From positions 78,857-142,856 of IMG/VR virus record IMGVR_UViG_3300049215_000481: a stretch of DNA of 64,000 nucleotides. One strand, written 5' to 3'. Under the pieces are notes generated by a model. The model made no database searches. It saw only the letters and a list, made by a program, of their open reading frames with translations, and was not told where the DNA came from. Source of the DNA: a virus. How positions within the stretch are numbered: position 1 is the first letter of the stretch; each line of letters begins with the position of its first letter. This document shows, piece after piece, positions 8,645 through 18,179 of the stretch. The position numbers and the translations under genes are program-made.

Positions 8645-10405
8645 TTACGGCCTCTCGTCCGCGGGGTTGCTGTTCGCGTCTCGGAGCCACGCTGCCGTGG
8701 CTTGCGCCTCGGAGCGCTCCAGCTCGTTGTCGCGCCGGAACACGACCGTGCCGCCCAGCGTGCCCAGGAGCGTCGCGATCGAGATGCTGTTCCGCACCGA
8801 CTCCAGCACCGCGGGTGTGCTGTCGAGGATGCCGTCGGCGTACGGGTCGACGTGCTTGTTGTTGAGGAAGTCGTAGACGACCGGCTTGCCGTCGCGGATG
8901 CCCTCCAAGATCGGGCCGAGGACCGCGCGGGCCTCCTTGTCGTCGACGATGCCCGAGTTCGAGAGGAGCCGGTTGAAGGGCTCCATGAACGCCGGACGCA
9001 GCACGGAGTCGATGATCTCGTCGTGGGGGAGGATGCTCAGCAGCTTCAGCAGCGTCCACGCGCCGCCGGGCAGGCAGCCGTGCTTGATGGCTCCGCGCAC
9101 GGCGCACACGGCGTCCTCCGCACGGTCACGCTTCTCCTTGCGTTCGCCGTTCGACGAGCCGATGACGTGCAGCTTCGCGATGCCGCCGGCCAGCTTGGCG
9201 ATGCGCTCACGGAGCTGGATGGCGTCCAGCTCCGCCTCGGCCGCCGAGAGCTGCTGTTCCAGCTCGGAGATGCGGATCTCCAGCAGGGTCTCGTCGGCGT
9301 AGCCGAGGACCGACGAGCGGAAGCGCCCGCCCTCGAACATCTCGACGCCGGGGCCCAGGTCCTCGATGCTCGCCTGGTCGATGGGTGCCGACAGCGGGTC
9401 GAGGATCTTCGCGCCCGTGATGGCCGACATGTCCTTCAGGAACTCCTGCTGGCCGTTCGGCATGATGCTCTGGGGCACGACGAGCGGGAACACGTTGATG
9501 GTGTCGTCCCGAAGGAAGTTCGCCGCGAGGTTCGCCAGCACCGTCTCGGAGAACCCGATCGCGCAGATGACGACGTTGCGGTTGTACTTCTTCGTCTCCC
9601 ACAGGTAGCCGACCTGCTCCATCAGGAGCTTGATCGACTGAATCTCCGTGATGCGCCCGTGGTAGAGGAGGAAGACCGGCTTCTCCATGACGACCCGCTG
9701 CGTGCCGGGGTCGTTGATGAACGCCGAGTAGAACTTGCCGCACGAGTCGTCGTAGCCGACCGGCACGGAGTAGCCGTCGATCTTCTCGACCTCGTAGCGA
9801 CTCGGGCCGCTCGTCTCGACGATCGTGACGTTGCCCTCGTCGCCGGTGATCTCGAAGCACTGCATGACGGCGTCCGCGAGGGCCGTGTCGCCGTTCGCCG
9901 ACACCTGCGCGACCGCGCGGAGGAGCTTCGCGTCCTCCGCGTTGTCGAAGTTCACCCGCCGCGAGAGCTGCTTGATGCCGGGCTCGATGTAGTCCCGGAA
10001 CATGCTCTCCAGGTGCCGCACGACCTTCTGCGGGCTCACCCGCTTCTTCGCGTTGCAGTACTCGTTGATGTACCGCACGATCGCCTCGGAGAGGATCGTC
10101 GCTGTCGTCGTGCCGTCACCGGCGTCCGAAGCCGTGCGGACCGCGGCGTCGCGCGCCGCTTCCATGATGCAGTGGGCGGCCGAGTCGTCGAAGCCCAGGC
10201 TCCGGAACACGGTGACGCCGTCCTTGGTCACGATGGGCGGGAGGTTGTGCTCGTAACGCTCGATGAGCACCGGCTGGCCGCCGGGCCCGAGCGTGCCGCC
10301 GACGATCTTCGAGATCGTCGACATCGTGTGCAGGATGGTGGAGTTGAGCGAGTCGCCCTTGACTGAGACGCTCTTCGCTACGCTCTTGACCTTGTGGTAA
10401 TCCAT
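8645..10405 (-). CDS. groEL: phage GroEL-like chaperonin
   Basis: TLGPGG, VTKDGVTV, GDGTTT ATP-binding motifs, ERIAKLAGG, PGG; no GGM tail; start MDYHKV at 10405. Confidence 0.92.
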   Translation of the reverse strand: MDYHKVKSVAKSVSVKGDSLNSTILHTMSTISKIVGGTLGPGGQPVLIERYEHNLPPIVTKDGVTVFRSLGFDDSAAHCIMEAARDAAVRTASDAGDGTTTATILSEAIVRYINEYCNAKKRVSPQKVVRHLESMFRDYIEPGIKQLSRRVNFDNAEDAKLLRAVAQVSANGDTALADAVMQCFEITGDEGNVTIVETSGPSRYEVEKIDGYSVPVGYDDSCGKFYSAFINDPGTQRVVMEKPVFLLYHGRITEIQSIKLLMEQVGYLWETKKYNRNVVICAIGFSETVLANLAANFLRDDTINVFPLVVPQSIMPNGQQEFLKDMSAITGAKILDPLSAPIDQASIEDLGPGVEMFEGGRFRSSVLGYADETLLEIRISELEQQLSAAEAELDAIQLRERIAKLAGGIAKLHVIGSSNGERKEKRDRAEDAVCAVRGAIKHGCLPGGAWTLLKLLSILPHDEIIDSVLRPAFMEPFNRLLSNSGIVDDKEARAVLGPILEGIRDGKPVVYDFLNNKHVDPYADGILDSTPAVLESVRNSISIATLLGTLGGTVVFRRDNELERSEAQATAAWLRDANSNPADERP

Positions 10406-10430
10406 CAAGAAGTGCGTATAGCGAATCTCC

Positions 10431-11957
10431 CTATGCCGGCTTCGCAGCCGGCTGGAGCTTCCCAGTCTCCGGAGGAGCGAGCAGGAAGAACGACTTCGCC
10501 CAGGTCGGCCTGTCGCGGATGTCTGTGAGCGGAAGCCACTTGGTGTCGGAGCCGGCGAGGCGCCCGACCGTGTAGAGCTTGCGGTACTGACCGCGCTTGA
10601 AGTACGTGACCATCGTGAACGAGGTGCGCGTCCCGCCGCCATCGCGAGACTTCAAGATACGGACGAAGGTCGGCTGGCCACCCTCACCTTCGGCCGCCTG
10701 CCTCAGACGCTGCAGCGGCACCTTCTCCTCGTCGACGCCGTTCGGCTGCCCGAGCGCCACGATCCAGGTCGCTGCCTTCGAGATGTCCGACGAGCCGTGG
10801 ATGTCGTCGATCGACGGCAGAAGCACGAGGTCGCGGCGCGGTCCCGTGTGCTTGCGGACGTGAGCCGCGAGGACGATCGGGCGGTCGATAGTCAGGTTGA
10901 CGTCGCGGATGCGCTGCACGATGTCCGAGAGGGCCTCGGTCTCGCTCTTCTTGTCGCCCTTGTCGATGTAGTGGAGGTGGTCGACGAGGATGATGTCGAC
11001 GTCCTTCGCCACCGCGAGGATGTCCCGCTCCAGCGTCTCGATCGTGTACCGGCTGTTGACCTTGTACGTGATGTTGATGTTCGCGAGGACCGCCTTCAGC
11101 TCCTCAGGCTTCGGCTCGAACAGCTTCAGGTCAGGACGTAGGCCACGACTCCACTCGACGTAGTCGATCGGCTTGCCGTTCGAGACGTTCGAGCCGTAGT
11201 AGTTCTCCTGGATCTTCGCGAACTGGAGGCGTGCCTCCATCTCGCCCTTCGCAGCTTCGAGTGCGAAGAGCTTCACCTTCTTGCCCATCGCGGCCATGTT
11301 CCAGGCCATCAGGGCCATGATCTGGGACTTGCCGACGCCGGTGCTGGCGGTGACGATCACGAGGTCGTCGGGCCGGATGCCGTACATCGGCTCGTCCAGG
11401 AACGAGAGGCCGGTGTACACGAGGCGCTCGGGTGTCGCCTCTCGTCGAGCGATCGAGATGTCGTACCAGTCCGCAGACGACTTGGCCATCGCGGTGAGGC
11501 CGTTGCTCGACATGTGGTCGAGCTTCCGCGAGAGGTTGTGCAGCTTCGCCACAGCCTCGTCCTGCATCTGCTTGTTCCAGACCGACTCCAGGTCGACCAT
11601 GCCGGTGAGGAACTCGGAGCCGACCCGGAGGTGCACGAGGTCGTCGAACACGGTCTCCAGACCCACGGTCTTCGCCTGTGTGAGGGCGAGGTCGAGTGTG
11701 CGGAGAGATGCCTGCGTGACCTTCGAGTCGGCACCTTCACCCTTCGCGAGAGCGATCTTCAGCTCTTCGAGAGTGGGGTGCCTGTGGAACTTCCGGGCGA
11801 ACTCGTCGAGGCGACCGAAGATGCGCTGCGTGTTGGGCTCGTCGAGCATCTCCGGCTTGTAGCCGAGGTGCACGGCTGCGTCGTAGACGCGCTGTTCGTT
11901 GACGAGGTGACCGAGGAGAGCGAGCTGCTGTTCAGGAGAGAATGAGACGGTGGGCAT
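10431..11957 (-). CDS. DnaB-like replicative helicase
   Basis: Walker A ASTGVGKS, ILVDHLH, GSSDI motif, ILKSRDG arginine finger. Confidence 0.88.
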   Translation of the reverse strand: MPTVSFSPEQQLALLGHLVNEQRVYDAAVHLGYKPEMLDEPNTQRIFGRLDEFARKFHRHPTLEELKIALAKGEGADSKVTQASLRTLDLALTQAKTVGLETVFDDLVHLRVGSEFLTGMVDLESVWNKQMQDEAVAKLHNLSRKLDHMSSNGLTAMAKSSADWYDISIARREATPERLVYTGLSFLDEPMYGIRPDDLVIVTASTGVGKSQIMALMAWNMAAMGKKVKLFALEAAKGEMEARLQFAKIQENYYGSNVSNGKPIDYVEWSRGLRPDLKLFEPKPEELKAVLANINITYKVNSRYTIETLERDILAVAKDVDIILVDHLHYIDKGDKKSETEALSDIVQRIRDVNLTIDRPIVLAAHVRKHTGPRRDLVLLPSIDDIHGSSDISKAATWIVALGQPNGVDEEKVPLQRLRQAAEGEGGQPTFVRILKSRDGGGTRTSFTMVTYFKRGQYRKLYTVGRLAGSDTKWLPLTDIRDRPTWAKSFFLLAPPETGKLQPAAKPA

Positions 11958-11968
11958 TGTTCCTTTGC

Positions 11969-12709
11969 TTATTCCGGCACCCAGGGGACGTACGTGTCAG
12001 GCGAGGTCGCTGTTTCGATCAGCTCCGTCTCCCACTTGCCGTCTCGGATGAAGTTCCGGAGGGCTCCCAGGAACTTCTTGCTCTCCGGGTCAGGGTCCAT
12101 GCTGATCCGGTTCAGCCTCAGCTCGACTGCCTGCTCCAGACGGTCGAGGTCGACTGGCTTCTCGCTGTAGCTCTTCAGGACGTCCTTGAAGTTCTCCCGG
12201 TTCTTCGGAACCTGGTGACTGTTCCAAGACAGCCACAGCGCCTTCAGGCGCCTCTCGGAGTCCCCGGCGTCCACCACACCAGGAGCTGCTCCACTCCCTT
12301 CCTCTCCTTTCCCTTCCTGGTCCAGATCCGTCGAGAGGTTCTCGCGAATCCTCGCGAGGGTCTCGCGAGGGTCTCGCGAAACGCGGGGAGGTGGCGGAAT
12401 GTTTGACTTTCCCGGGTGGTCGACCTTCTGGTGCTTCTCCCAACCGCAGATGTGAGCGTACTGCTGTCCGTTGACCTCGTAGAACCTCAGCAGTTCCAGT
12501 TCAGCGAGCCTCGAAATGGCCTCACGACAGGACTGCTCCTTGAACGCCCAGAGCGCCGCTCCGTCGATCTGCTCGACCTCGGCGCGGAAGTTCCCGTAGT
12601 CGTCCGCCAACAGGAACAGCGAGACGAAGACTCGCCACTCCAGGTGAGAGAGCCTCGCCGTCTTACCGTCGTCGAGGAGTTCTGGCTTGATGGTACGAAT
12701 GCGGCGCAC
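11969..12709 (-). CDS. phage replisome organiser / replication initiation protein
   Basis: RRIRTIKPE N-terminal motif, LFLLADDYG, HQKVDHP typical of phage replication initiators; next to DnaB. Confidence 0.75.
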   Translation of the reverse strand: MRRIRTIKPELLDDGKTARLSHLEWRVFVSLFLLADDYGNFRAEVEQIDGAALWAFKEQSCREAISRLAELELLRFYEVNGQQYAHICGWEKHQKVDHPGKSNIPPPPRVSRDPRETLARIRENLSTDLDQEGKGEEGSGAAPGVVDAGDSERRLKALWLSWNSHQVPKNRENFKDVLKSYSEKPVDLDRLEQAVELRLNRISMDPDPESKKFLGALRNFIRDGKWETELIETATSPDTYVPWVPE

Positions 12710-12996
12710 TAGATTGCCTCTCCCGTCGGGATGGCCGCTGCCTTCGCTCGACCGTGCATCACCGCAGCCAGCGCGCGCTCGGTCTGACCGCTGGCCAGCG
12801 TGACGTCGCTGTTGTTCGCGCGCTCCCACAGGATGTGCGCGTCGAGCAGCCCGAGCCCCGCCACGATGAGGTCGTCCGCCTTCACGGGGAAGCGACCGAG
12901 ATGAGGAGCCGCCTTCCACTTCTTCAACATCGCGGACAGCAGGCGGTGGGTGTCCGGAGTGAGTGCCGCACACGGCGGCGACTTCTTTTTGCTCAT
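12709..12996 (-). CDS. hypothetical protein
   Basis: MSKKKSPP... with an AATCGCTAT motif at 13007-13015 upstream; stop overlaps the downstream GTG. Confidence 0.6.
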   Translation of the reverse strand: MSKKKSPPCAALTPDTHRLLSAMLKKWKAAPHLGRFPVKADDLIVAGLGLLDAHILWERANNSDVTLASGQTERALAAVMHGRAKAAAIPTGEAI

Positions 12997-13006
12997 TGGA
13001 TGTCGT

Positions 13007-13057
13007 ATAGCGATTCCGCTCCATCGGCGATTAAGACCGGCGAACGACATTCGCTAT
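13007..13057. promoter_or_regulatory. divergent pair of motif A (ATTCGCTAT) putative promoters at the strand switch
   Basis: minus copy 13007-13015, plus copy 13049-13057. Other copies upstream of genes: 1041, 4357, 4973, 7137, 7589, 10418, 24642, 47573, 63818 (minus); 15919, 32555, 57803, 58059, 61707, 63858 (plus). Confidence 0.75.
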
Positions 13058-13067
13058 ACGCACTCGG

Positions 13068-14570
13068 ATGTTGGCCCTCCTAGCACCGACGGAACTCCGT
13101 CTCGGTGGATACGAGAAGAACCGCGCGCTCCTCGCTGAGACGCTGACGTACACCGACAAGCGGGTCGACTACGAGTACCGGAAGGCCAAGGCGAGCAAGG
13201 GCTGGTTCGTCCGGGTGCATGGCCAAGCCGCCTACGACGAGCGCATCGCAGCGCTCGAAGCAGAGCGCAAGAAGTCGCTGCTGTACGAGGACGCCGAGGG
13301 GCTGTGGACCCGGTCAGGAGTTCATCCGCTGCTGGCGCGCGTGTTCGACGACAAGCTCGTGCGCAGTTACGAGCTGCCGGCGCCGCGCGTGGTGCCGTGG
13401 GCGAAGATGCCCGAGCACCAAGACCGCTACTACCAGGTCGCCGCGCACGACGCGCTCCTGGCTGCCGCGCAGAACGGCCCCGCCTGCGTCGAGATCGGAA
13501 CCGGCCTCGGCAAGAGCCGCATCATCCGCAACCTCATCAAGTCCCTCGGCCTTCAGGCCGTCGTAATGGCGCCGTCGAAGAACATCGCGCAGCAGCTCTT
13601 CGACGACCTCACGCTCCACTTCGGCAGTGCGCGCGTCGGCTTCTTCGGCGACGGCAAGAAGCAGTACAGCAAGCTGATCACCGTCGCCATCGGCGCCTCG
13701 CTCACGCGCGTCGAGCCGGGCTCGCCGATCTGGGAGAAGCTCTCGCAGGCCCGCGTCTTCATCGCCGACGAGTCGCACCTCTGTCCTGCCGCGACGCTGG
13801 AGAAGGTGTGCTTCGGGCTGCAGGGCAGCGCGCCCTACCGGTTCTTCTTCTCAGGCACGCAGATGCGCAACGACGGGCTCGATCTCGTCCTCGACGGCAT
13901 CACCGGCCCGTGCGTATACAGCATGACCGTCCGCGAGGGCGTCGACCAGGGCTTCCTGAGCAAGCCGGTGTTCCGCACGGTGTGGATGGACTCGAAGGTA
14001 CTCGGCGCCTCCGGGCGCATCTACGACTCCGACGACGCCAACGACCTCACGCGAGCGCATGTCTTCTACAACCCGGACGTCAACGCGCGCGCCGCGGAGT
14101 TCGCGAACAAGTCGGTCAGCATGCTCGGCCGCCCGACCGTCATCCTCGTCGAGGAGATGGAGCAGTTCGGGCACCTCCTGCCGCTCCTCCGCTACGAGGC
14201 GCGCTTCGCCCACGGCGGCGTGACCAAGGAGAACAAGGACAAAATCCCGGAGCAGTACCACGACAGCGATCCCAAGGCGCTCGTGGCTGCGTTCAACCGG
14301 AACGAGTTCCCCATCCTCGTCGGCACGTCCTGCATCGTCACGGGCACCGACATCCAGGCCGCCCAGACGATCATCTTCCTCCGTGGCGGCAAGTCGGAGA
14401 TCGAGGTCAAGCAGGCCATCGGTCGCGGCACGCGGCTCTTCCCCGGCAAGAACGACTGCATCTTCCTCGACTTCGGCATCTCGAACGTCGAGACGCTCGA
14501 ACGGCACGCCAACGCGCGCATCAAGATTTTCGACGACGTCTACCCGTCACACCAGGAGCTGCGCCTGTAA
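13068..14570 (+). CDS. SF2 DExH helicase (UvsW-like)
   Basis: GTGLGKS, IADESH, FSGT, GTDI, QAIGRGTR motifs. Confidence 0.9.
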   Translation: MLALLAPTELRLGGYEKNRALLAETLTYTDKRVDYEYRKAKASKGWFVRVHGQAAYDERIAALEAERKKSLLYEDAEGLWTRSGVHPLLARVFDDKLVRSYELPAPRVVPWAKMPEHQDRYYQVAAHDALLAAAQNGPACVEIGTGLGKSRIIRNLIKSLGLQAVVMAPSKNIAQQLFDDLTLHFGSARVGFFGDGKKQYSKLITVAIGASLTRVEPGSPIWEKLSQARVFIADESHLCPAATLEKVCFGLQGSAPYRFFFSGTQMRNDGLDLVLDGITGPCVYSMTVREGVDQGFLSKPVFRTVWMDSKVLGASGRIYDSDDANDLTRAHVFYNPDVNARAAEFANKSVSMLGRPTVILVEEMEQFGHLLPLLRYEARFAHGGVTKENKDKIPEQYHDSDPKALVAAFNRNEFPILVGTSCIVTGTDIQAAQTIIFLRGGKSEIEVKQAIGRGTRLFPGKNDCIFLDFGISNVETLERHANARIKIFDDVYPSHQELRL

Positions 14571-14866
14571 TGCTGATCTTCGTCATCATTGGCTTCCTCG
14601 TCACTTGGGCCGCGCTGCTGTACTTCGCGCTCCGCAACGCAGGTACGGTCGCGAAGCGCCTCGACGAGGAGAGTGAGGGCACGCTGGTGCGCTCCCTGAA
14701 CCTCGCGATAGGGCCGCACAACCACCCTGACTCGTGCCGGGAGCTGGCCGCCCTGCGGAGGCTCGGCTGGGACATCTCCACCCGCGGCAACGCGCTGTCC
14801 GGCGAGATCACCATCGTCATGAAGCACCCGGAGCGCCTCGCCCGCGCCGCTCGATTCTCCCGATGA
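14570..14866 (+). CDS. small membrane-anchored protein
   Basis: MLIFVIIGFLVTWAALLYF; coupled by TAATG and ATGA overlaps. Confidence 0.6.
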   Translation: MLIFVIIGFLVTWAALLYFALRNAGTVAKRLDEESEGTLVRSLNLAIGPHNHPDSCRELAALRRLGWDISTRGNALSGEITIVMKHPERLARAARFSR

Positions 14867-15942
14867 TCTTCACCGACGACGCACACTTCAGGTACTTCGC
14901 GTCCTCGCTGGAGAGCGCCATCGCGAAGTACGGCGACATCGCCGACTTCGACGAGAAGCAGAAGGCGCAGGTCGAGGGGCTCATCGCCCTGGAGCACGAG
15001 TTCCGCGATACGCTCATCGCGCACCGCTGGGGTCGCGCGGTCTACGAGACGTTCGTCAAGTTCATCTGCGACGAGAAGCGCAACATCCTGGCCGCGCGGC
15101 CATACTTCCGCGAGAGGCAGGAGGTCTTCACCGCCGACATCTCAGAGGCCTTGAAGACTCGCAACGCCGAAGGGCTCTACCGCTTCTCGATCAACTACCA
15201 GTTCATCGCATTCGTGATGAAGGCGAGGCGTTGGGAGGCGGACAACATCGGCAGCACGATCGTCAGTCTGGCGCGGAAGATCGAGGCACTGCGCACTGAG
15301 CTGATCGAGATGAACATGCCGCTGGCCATCAGCCGCGCCCGCATCTTCTTCTCGCGCACGCCGTTGAGCCACCTCACGTACATGGACCTCATTCAGATCG
15401 CATCGGAGGGGCTCATGTCGGGCATCGACAAGTACTCCCCCGAAGACGGCGTGTTCTCGCGCGCGTTTCGCTCCACCGCCATCGGTCGCATGACGGGCAA
15501 CTTCATCGAGGAGTACTCGGAGACGCTGCTGCACTTCTACCCGGCCGACAAGCGCAAGCTCTACCGCGCGAACAAGGCCGTCGGCCGCCACGCTGGCGTG
15601 GTCGACTTCGAGCGACTGGCCACGCAGGTCAACGACGGAGCGAAGAAGGGGTGCAAGACCAACCCGAACGAGATCGCCGACCTCATGGCGGCTGCCAGCA
15701 CCGTCTCGGCCGACTCCAGCCCCAGTGACAACTTCGAGTCCGAGAGCGACTCCGGCGCCCCCCGCGTGCTGGCAGAGCGCTTCGCCGCTCCGGAGACGGA
15801 CCAGCCGGACGTTCGCTTCGAGCGCGACCACGACATGACCGTCCTCGCCAAGGCGCTCTCCTCACTCTCGCTCGTCGAGCAGAAATTGCTCCGCCTGAAG
15901 GGGCTCGGAGTCGAGAACTTTCGCTATATGGCTCCCGCATGA
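14863..15942 (+). CDS. phage sigma70-family RNA polymerase sigma factor (region 4 truncated)
   Basis: region 2: LIEMNMPLAISRA...DLIQIASEGLMSGIDKY; region 4.1-like LAKALSSLSLVEQKLLRL then ends. Confidence 0.82.
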   Translation: MIFTDDAHFRYFASSLESAIAKYGDIADFDEKQKAQVEGLIALEHEFRDTLIAHRWGRAVYETFVKFICDEKRNILAARPYFRERQEVFTADISEALKTRNAEGLYRFSINYQFIAFVMKARRWEADNIGSTIVSLARKIEALRTELIEMNMPLAISRARIFFSRTPLSHLTYMDLIQIASEGLMSGIDKYSPEDGVFSRAFRSTAIGRMTGNFIEEYSETLLHFYPADKRKLYRANKAVGRHAGVVDFERLATQVNDGAKKGCKTNPNEIADLMAAASTVSADSSPSDNFESESDSGAPRVLAERFAAPETDQPDVRFERDHDMTVLAKALSSLSLVEQKLLRLKGLGVENFRYMAPA

Positions 15943-16232
15943 TCGAAGGGTTCAACAACAACATCGCGTGTGCTCCGTTCGAGAAGAAGTCGGTCGAGAC
16001 TAAGGTGTCGAACGCCTTCGGGACCGTCGCCCAGAAGGTCACGCTGACCAAGCTCCGCGTGATCTACGGCAACGACAAGATCCCGGCTGGCGCCCTCATC
16101 TACGTGAAGGGCGACACCATGAAGCACGTCTGGGCCAATGAGGAGTTCGAGGTGGACGGCCAGACCGTCATCCTCGTGCCCCAAGCCAGCGTCTTCTTGG
16201 TCGACTTCCCACTGCCTCCCGCGAACGCCTAA
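15939..16232 (+). CDS. GroES-like co-chaperonin
   Basis: 97 aa beta-rich; N-terminal NNNIACAP, mobile-loop-like segment, VKGD, EVDGQTVILVP pattern; GroEL in the same window. Confidence 0.55.
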   Translation: MIEGFNNNIACAPFEKKSVETKVSNAFGTVAQKVTLTKLRVIYGNDKIPAGALIYVKGDTMKHVWANEEFEVDGQTVILVPQASVFLVDFPLPPANA

Positions 16233-16233
16233 C

Positions 16234-17205
16234 GTGAGGATTCTCAAGGTCGGCGACGTCCACGCGACGCCAGACGAGCTGGACGACTGCGAATGCCTCA
16301 TGGCGTTCGTGCTCGCCACGGCACTCGCGCTGAAGGTCGACTACGTCTGCCTGCTGGGCGACTCGTACCACACGCACAACATCATCCGCGTGGAGGTGCT
16401 CGCGTTCTGGCGCCGCTGGTTCGCGACGTTCAAGAGCCACGGCATCAAGGTCATCGGCTTGGTCGGCAACCACGACTACGGCGGCGAAGGCCTCTCCATC
16501 CACGCCATGATGGCGCACGAAGAGCAGATCGAGGTCGTCGACCGCCCGACGGTCAAGGAGGGCATGTTGTTCATGCCCTACTACTCTGACCGCGAGAAGT
16601 TCGTCGTCGACTGCTGCGCCGCCGCGCCGCTCACCAAGACACTCGTCTGTCACCAGACGTTCCAGGGTGGGAAGTACGAGAACGGCTTCTACGCCGAGGA
16701 CGGTGTCAACCCCGACCTCATCCCGCACACGTACATCCTGTCCGGCCACATCCACACGCCCCAGACGTTCGGCAAGGTCACCTACATCGGCGCGCCCAGG
16801 TGGCGCACGCTCAGCGACGCCAACATCGACCGAGCGATCTGGCTGTACACCTTCGCCGACGGCGAAGTGGTGGGTGCGGAGTCGTTCGATCTCGGCGATG
16901 TGTGCAGGCGGATCTACTACTTCGAGGACACCCCCGAGACTCCATTCCTGGGCACTGTCGACCCGCGGCACGACTACCGCATCGACGTCCGCGGGCCATC
17001 CGACTGGGTGACCGCTCGCAAGCAGTTCTACGGTTCCGGCGTCAACGTCCGGATATTCCGAACGGACCAGGCGGTCGTCAAGGTCCGTGAGTCAGAGGGC
17101 ATCGACAAGGCCTTCGTGAGCTTCATGGAGCGCTATCGGCCGAAGTTCGGGACGGACCCCCAGCTCCTGCAGTCGATGGCGAAGGAGAGGCTCGCGTATG
17201 TCTAG
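16234..17205 (+). CDS. SbcD/Mre11/gp47-like metallophosphoesterase nuclease
   Basis: GDVH, LLGD, GNHD, CHQ, SGHIH calcineurin-like motifs; partner SbcC-like gene at 4983-7127. Confidence 0.88.
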   Translation: MRILKVGDVHATPDELDDCECLMAFVLATALALKVDYVCLLGDSYHTHNIIRVEVLAFWRRWFATFKSHGIKVIGLVGNHDYGGEGLSIHAMMAHEEQIEVVDRPTVKEGMLFMPYYSDREKFVVDCCAAAPLTKTLVCHQTFQGGKYENGFYAEDGVNPDLIPHTYILSGHIHTPQTFGKVTYIGAPRWRTLSDANIDRAIWLYTFADGEVVGAESFDLGDVCRRIYYFEDTPETPFLGTVDPRHDYRIDVRGPSDWVTARKQFYGSGVNVRIFRTDQAVVKVRESEGIDKAFVSFMERYRPKFGTDPQLLQSMAKERLAYV

Positions 17206-17569
17206 CATGCAGCCCCCTGCAGACCCGGCGCACCAGCTCATGGTGCTCAAGGCCGCGACGAAGACGACCGGCATCGTCCACGAAGCCCAGATCTTCCAGC
17301 TCCGCATGTGGGGGCGCCTGTGCCTGCAGCACGTGGAGCCTCCAACCGTCCAGGTCCTGCCGCTCGACCGTGAAGTGATCTACCGGTCGCCAGCCACCCT
17401 GAAGGGGAAGGTCGCCAAGAAGACGATCGACGCCAGGCTCACGGCGCTCAACGACTCAGTGAAGTGGTTGCTGGGTGACGACTGGTCGCTCCTCGTTGAA
17501 GTGGCTGGAAACGCAATCTTTCCAGCTAGCACCAACGATGCCCCAAGACCTCGTACCAGTAAGCGATAA
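17198..17569 (+). CDS. hypothetical protein
   Basis: 123 aa ORF overlapping both neighbours. Confidence 0.6.
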   Translation: MSSMQPPADPAHQLMVLKAATKTTGIVHEAQIFQLRMWGRLCLQHVEPPTVQVLPLDREVIYRSPATLKGKVAKKTIDARLTALNDSVKWLLGDDWSLLVEVAGNAIFPASTNDAPRPRTSKR

Positions 17570-18179
17570 AGAACAACGCCTCGCCGAGGCGCTCGCCGCG
17601 CTCACGCCCAGAGAGCTGGACGCGTACAAGTACTTCGTCCGCACGAAGCAGACGGAGGTCGCCGACGCGACCGCGGAGGAGATGTACGCCTTCTTCGTGA
17701 AGGGCTCCACCTGCGACGAGATCCGTCGGCTGATGGTCGGCTTCTCCCTCGGTCAGATCGTCGGCGCCCGCGTGATGAAGGGGTGGGACGCACGCCTCGC
17801 TGCGTATCGCGAGTCGCTGGCCGTCGACATCCCTCAGCGCGCAGCGCAGACGCAGTTGGAGAGCGCCGACCTGCTCGCTGCGATGCTCTCCGCGACCAAC
17901 CGCCAGTGGTTGGACAAGCTGAAGCGTTACGTCGCCACGGGCGACGCAACCCTCATCGCCGACATCCCGCTGCCGAAGAACCTGAAGGACCTGGCGACCC
18001 TGACCGAGCTGTTCCTGAAGGCGACAGGACAGGACAAGAAGCGCGTCGAGGTCACCGGCACCGTGCGCCACGAGCACGCGAAAGCCCCTCTGTCCGCGAA
18101 GGAGGCCGCGAGCCTGCTGGACGAGCTGGACGAGGACGACGCTGTCGACGCCGAGTTCACAGAGGCGCCGCGTGGGTAA
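17538..18179 (+). CDS. putative terminase small subunit
   Basis: helical protein directly upstream of terL, with C-terminal KRVEVTGTVRHEH beta-strand pattern. Confidence 0.55.
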   Translation: MPQDLVPVSDKEQRLAEALAALTPRELDAYKYFVRTKQTEVADATAEEMYAFFVKGSTCDEIRRLMVGFSLGQIVGARVMKGWDARLAAYRESLAVDIPQRAAQTQLESADLLAAMLSATNRQWLDKLKRYVATGDATLIADIPLPKNLKDLATLTELFLKATGQDKKRVEVTGTVRHEHAKAPLSAKEAASLLDELDEDDAVDAEFTEAPRG

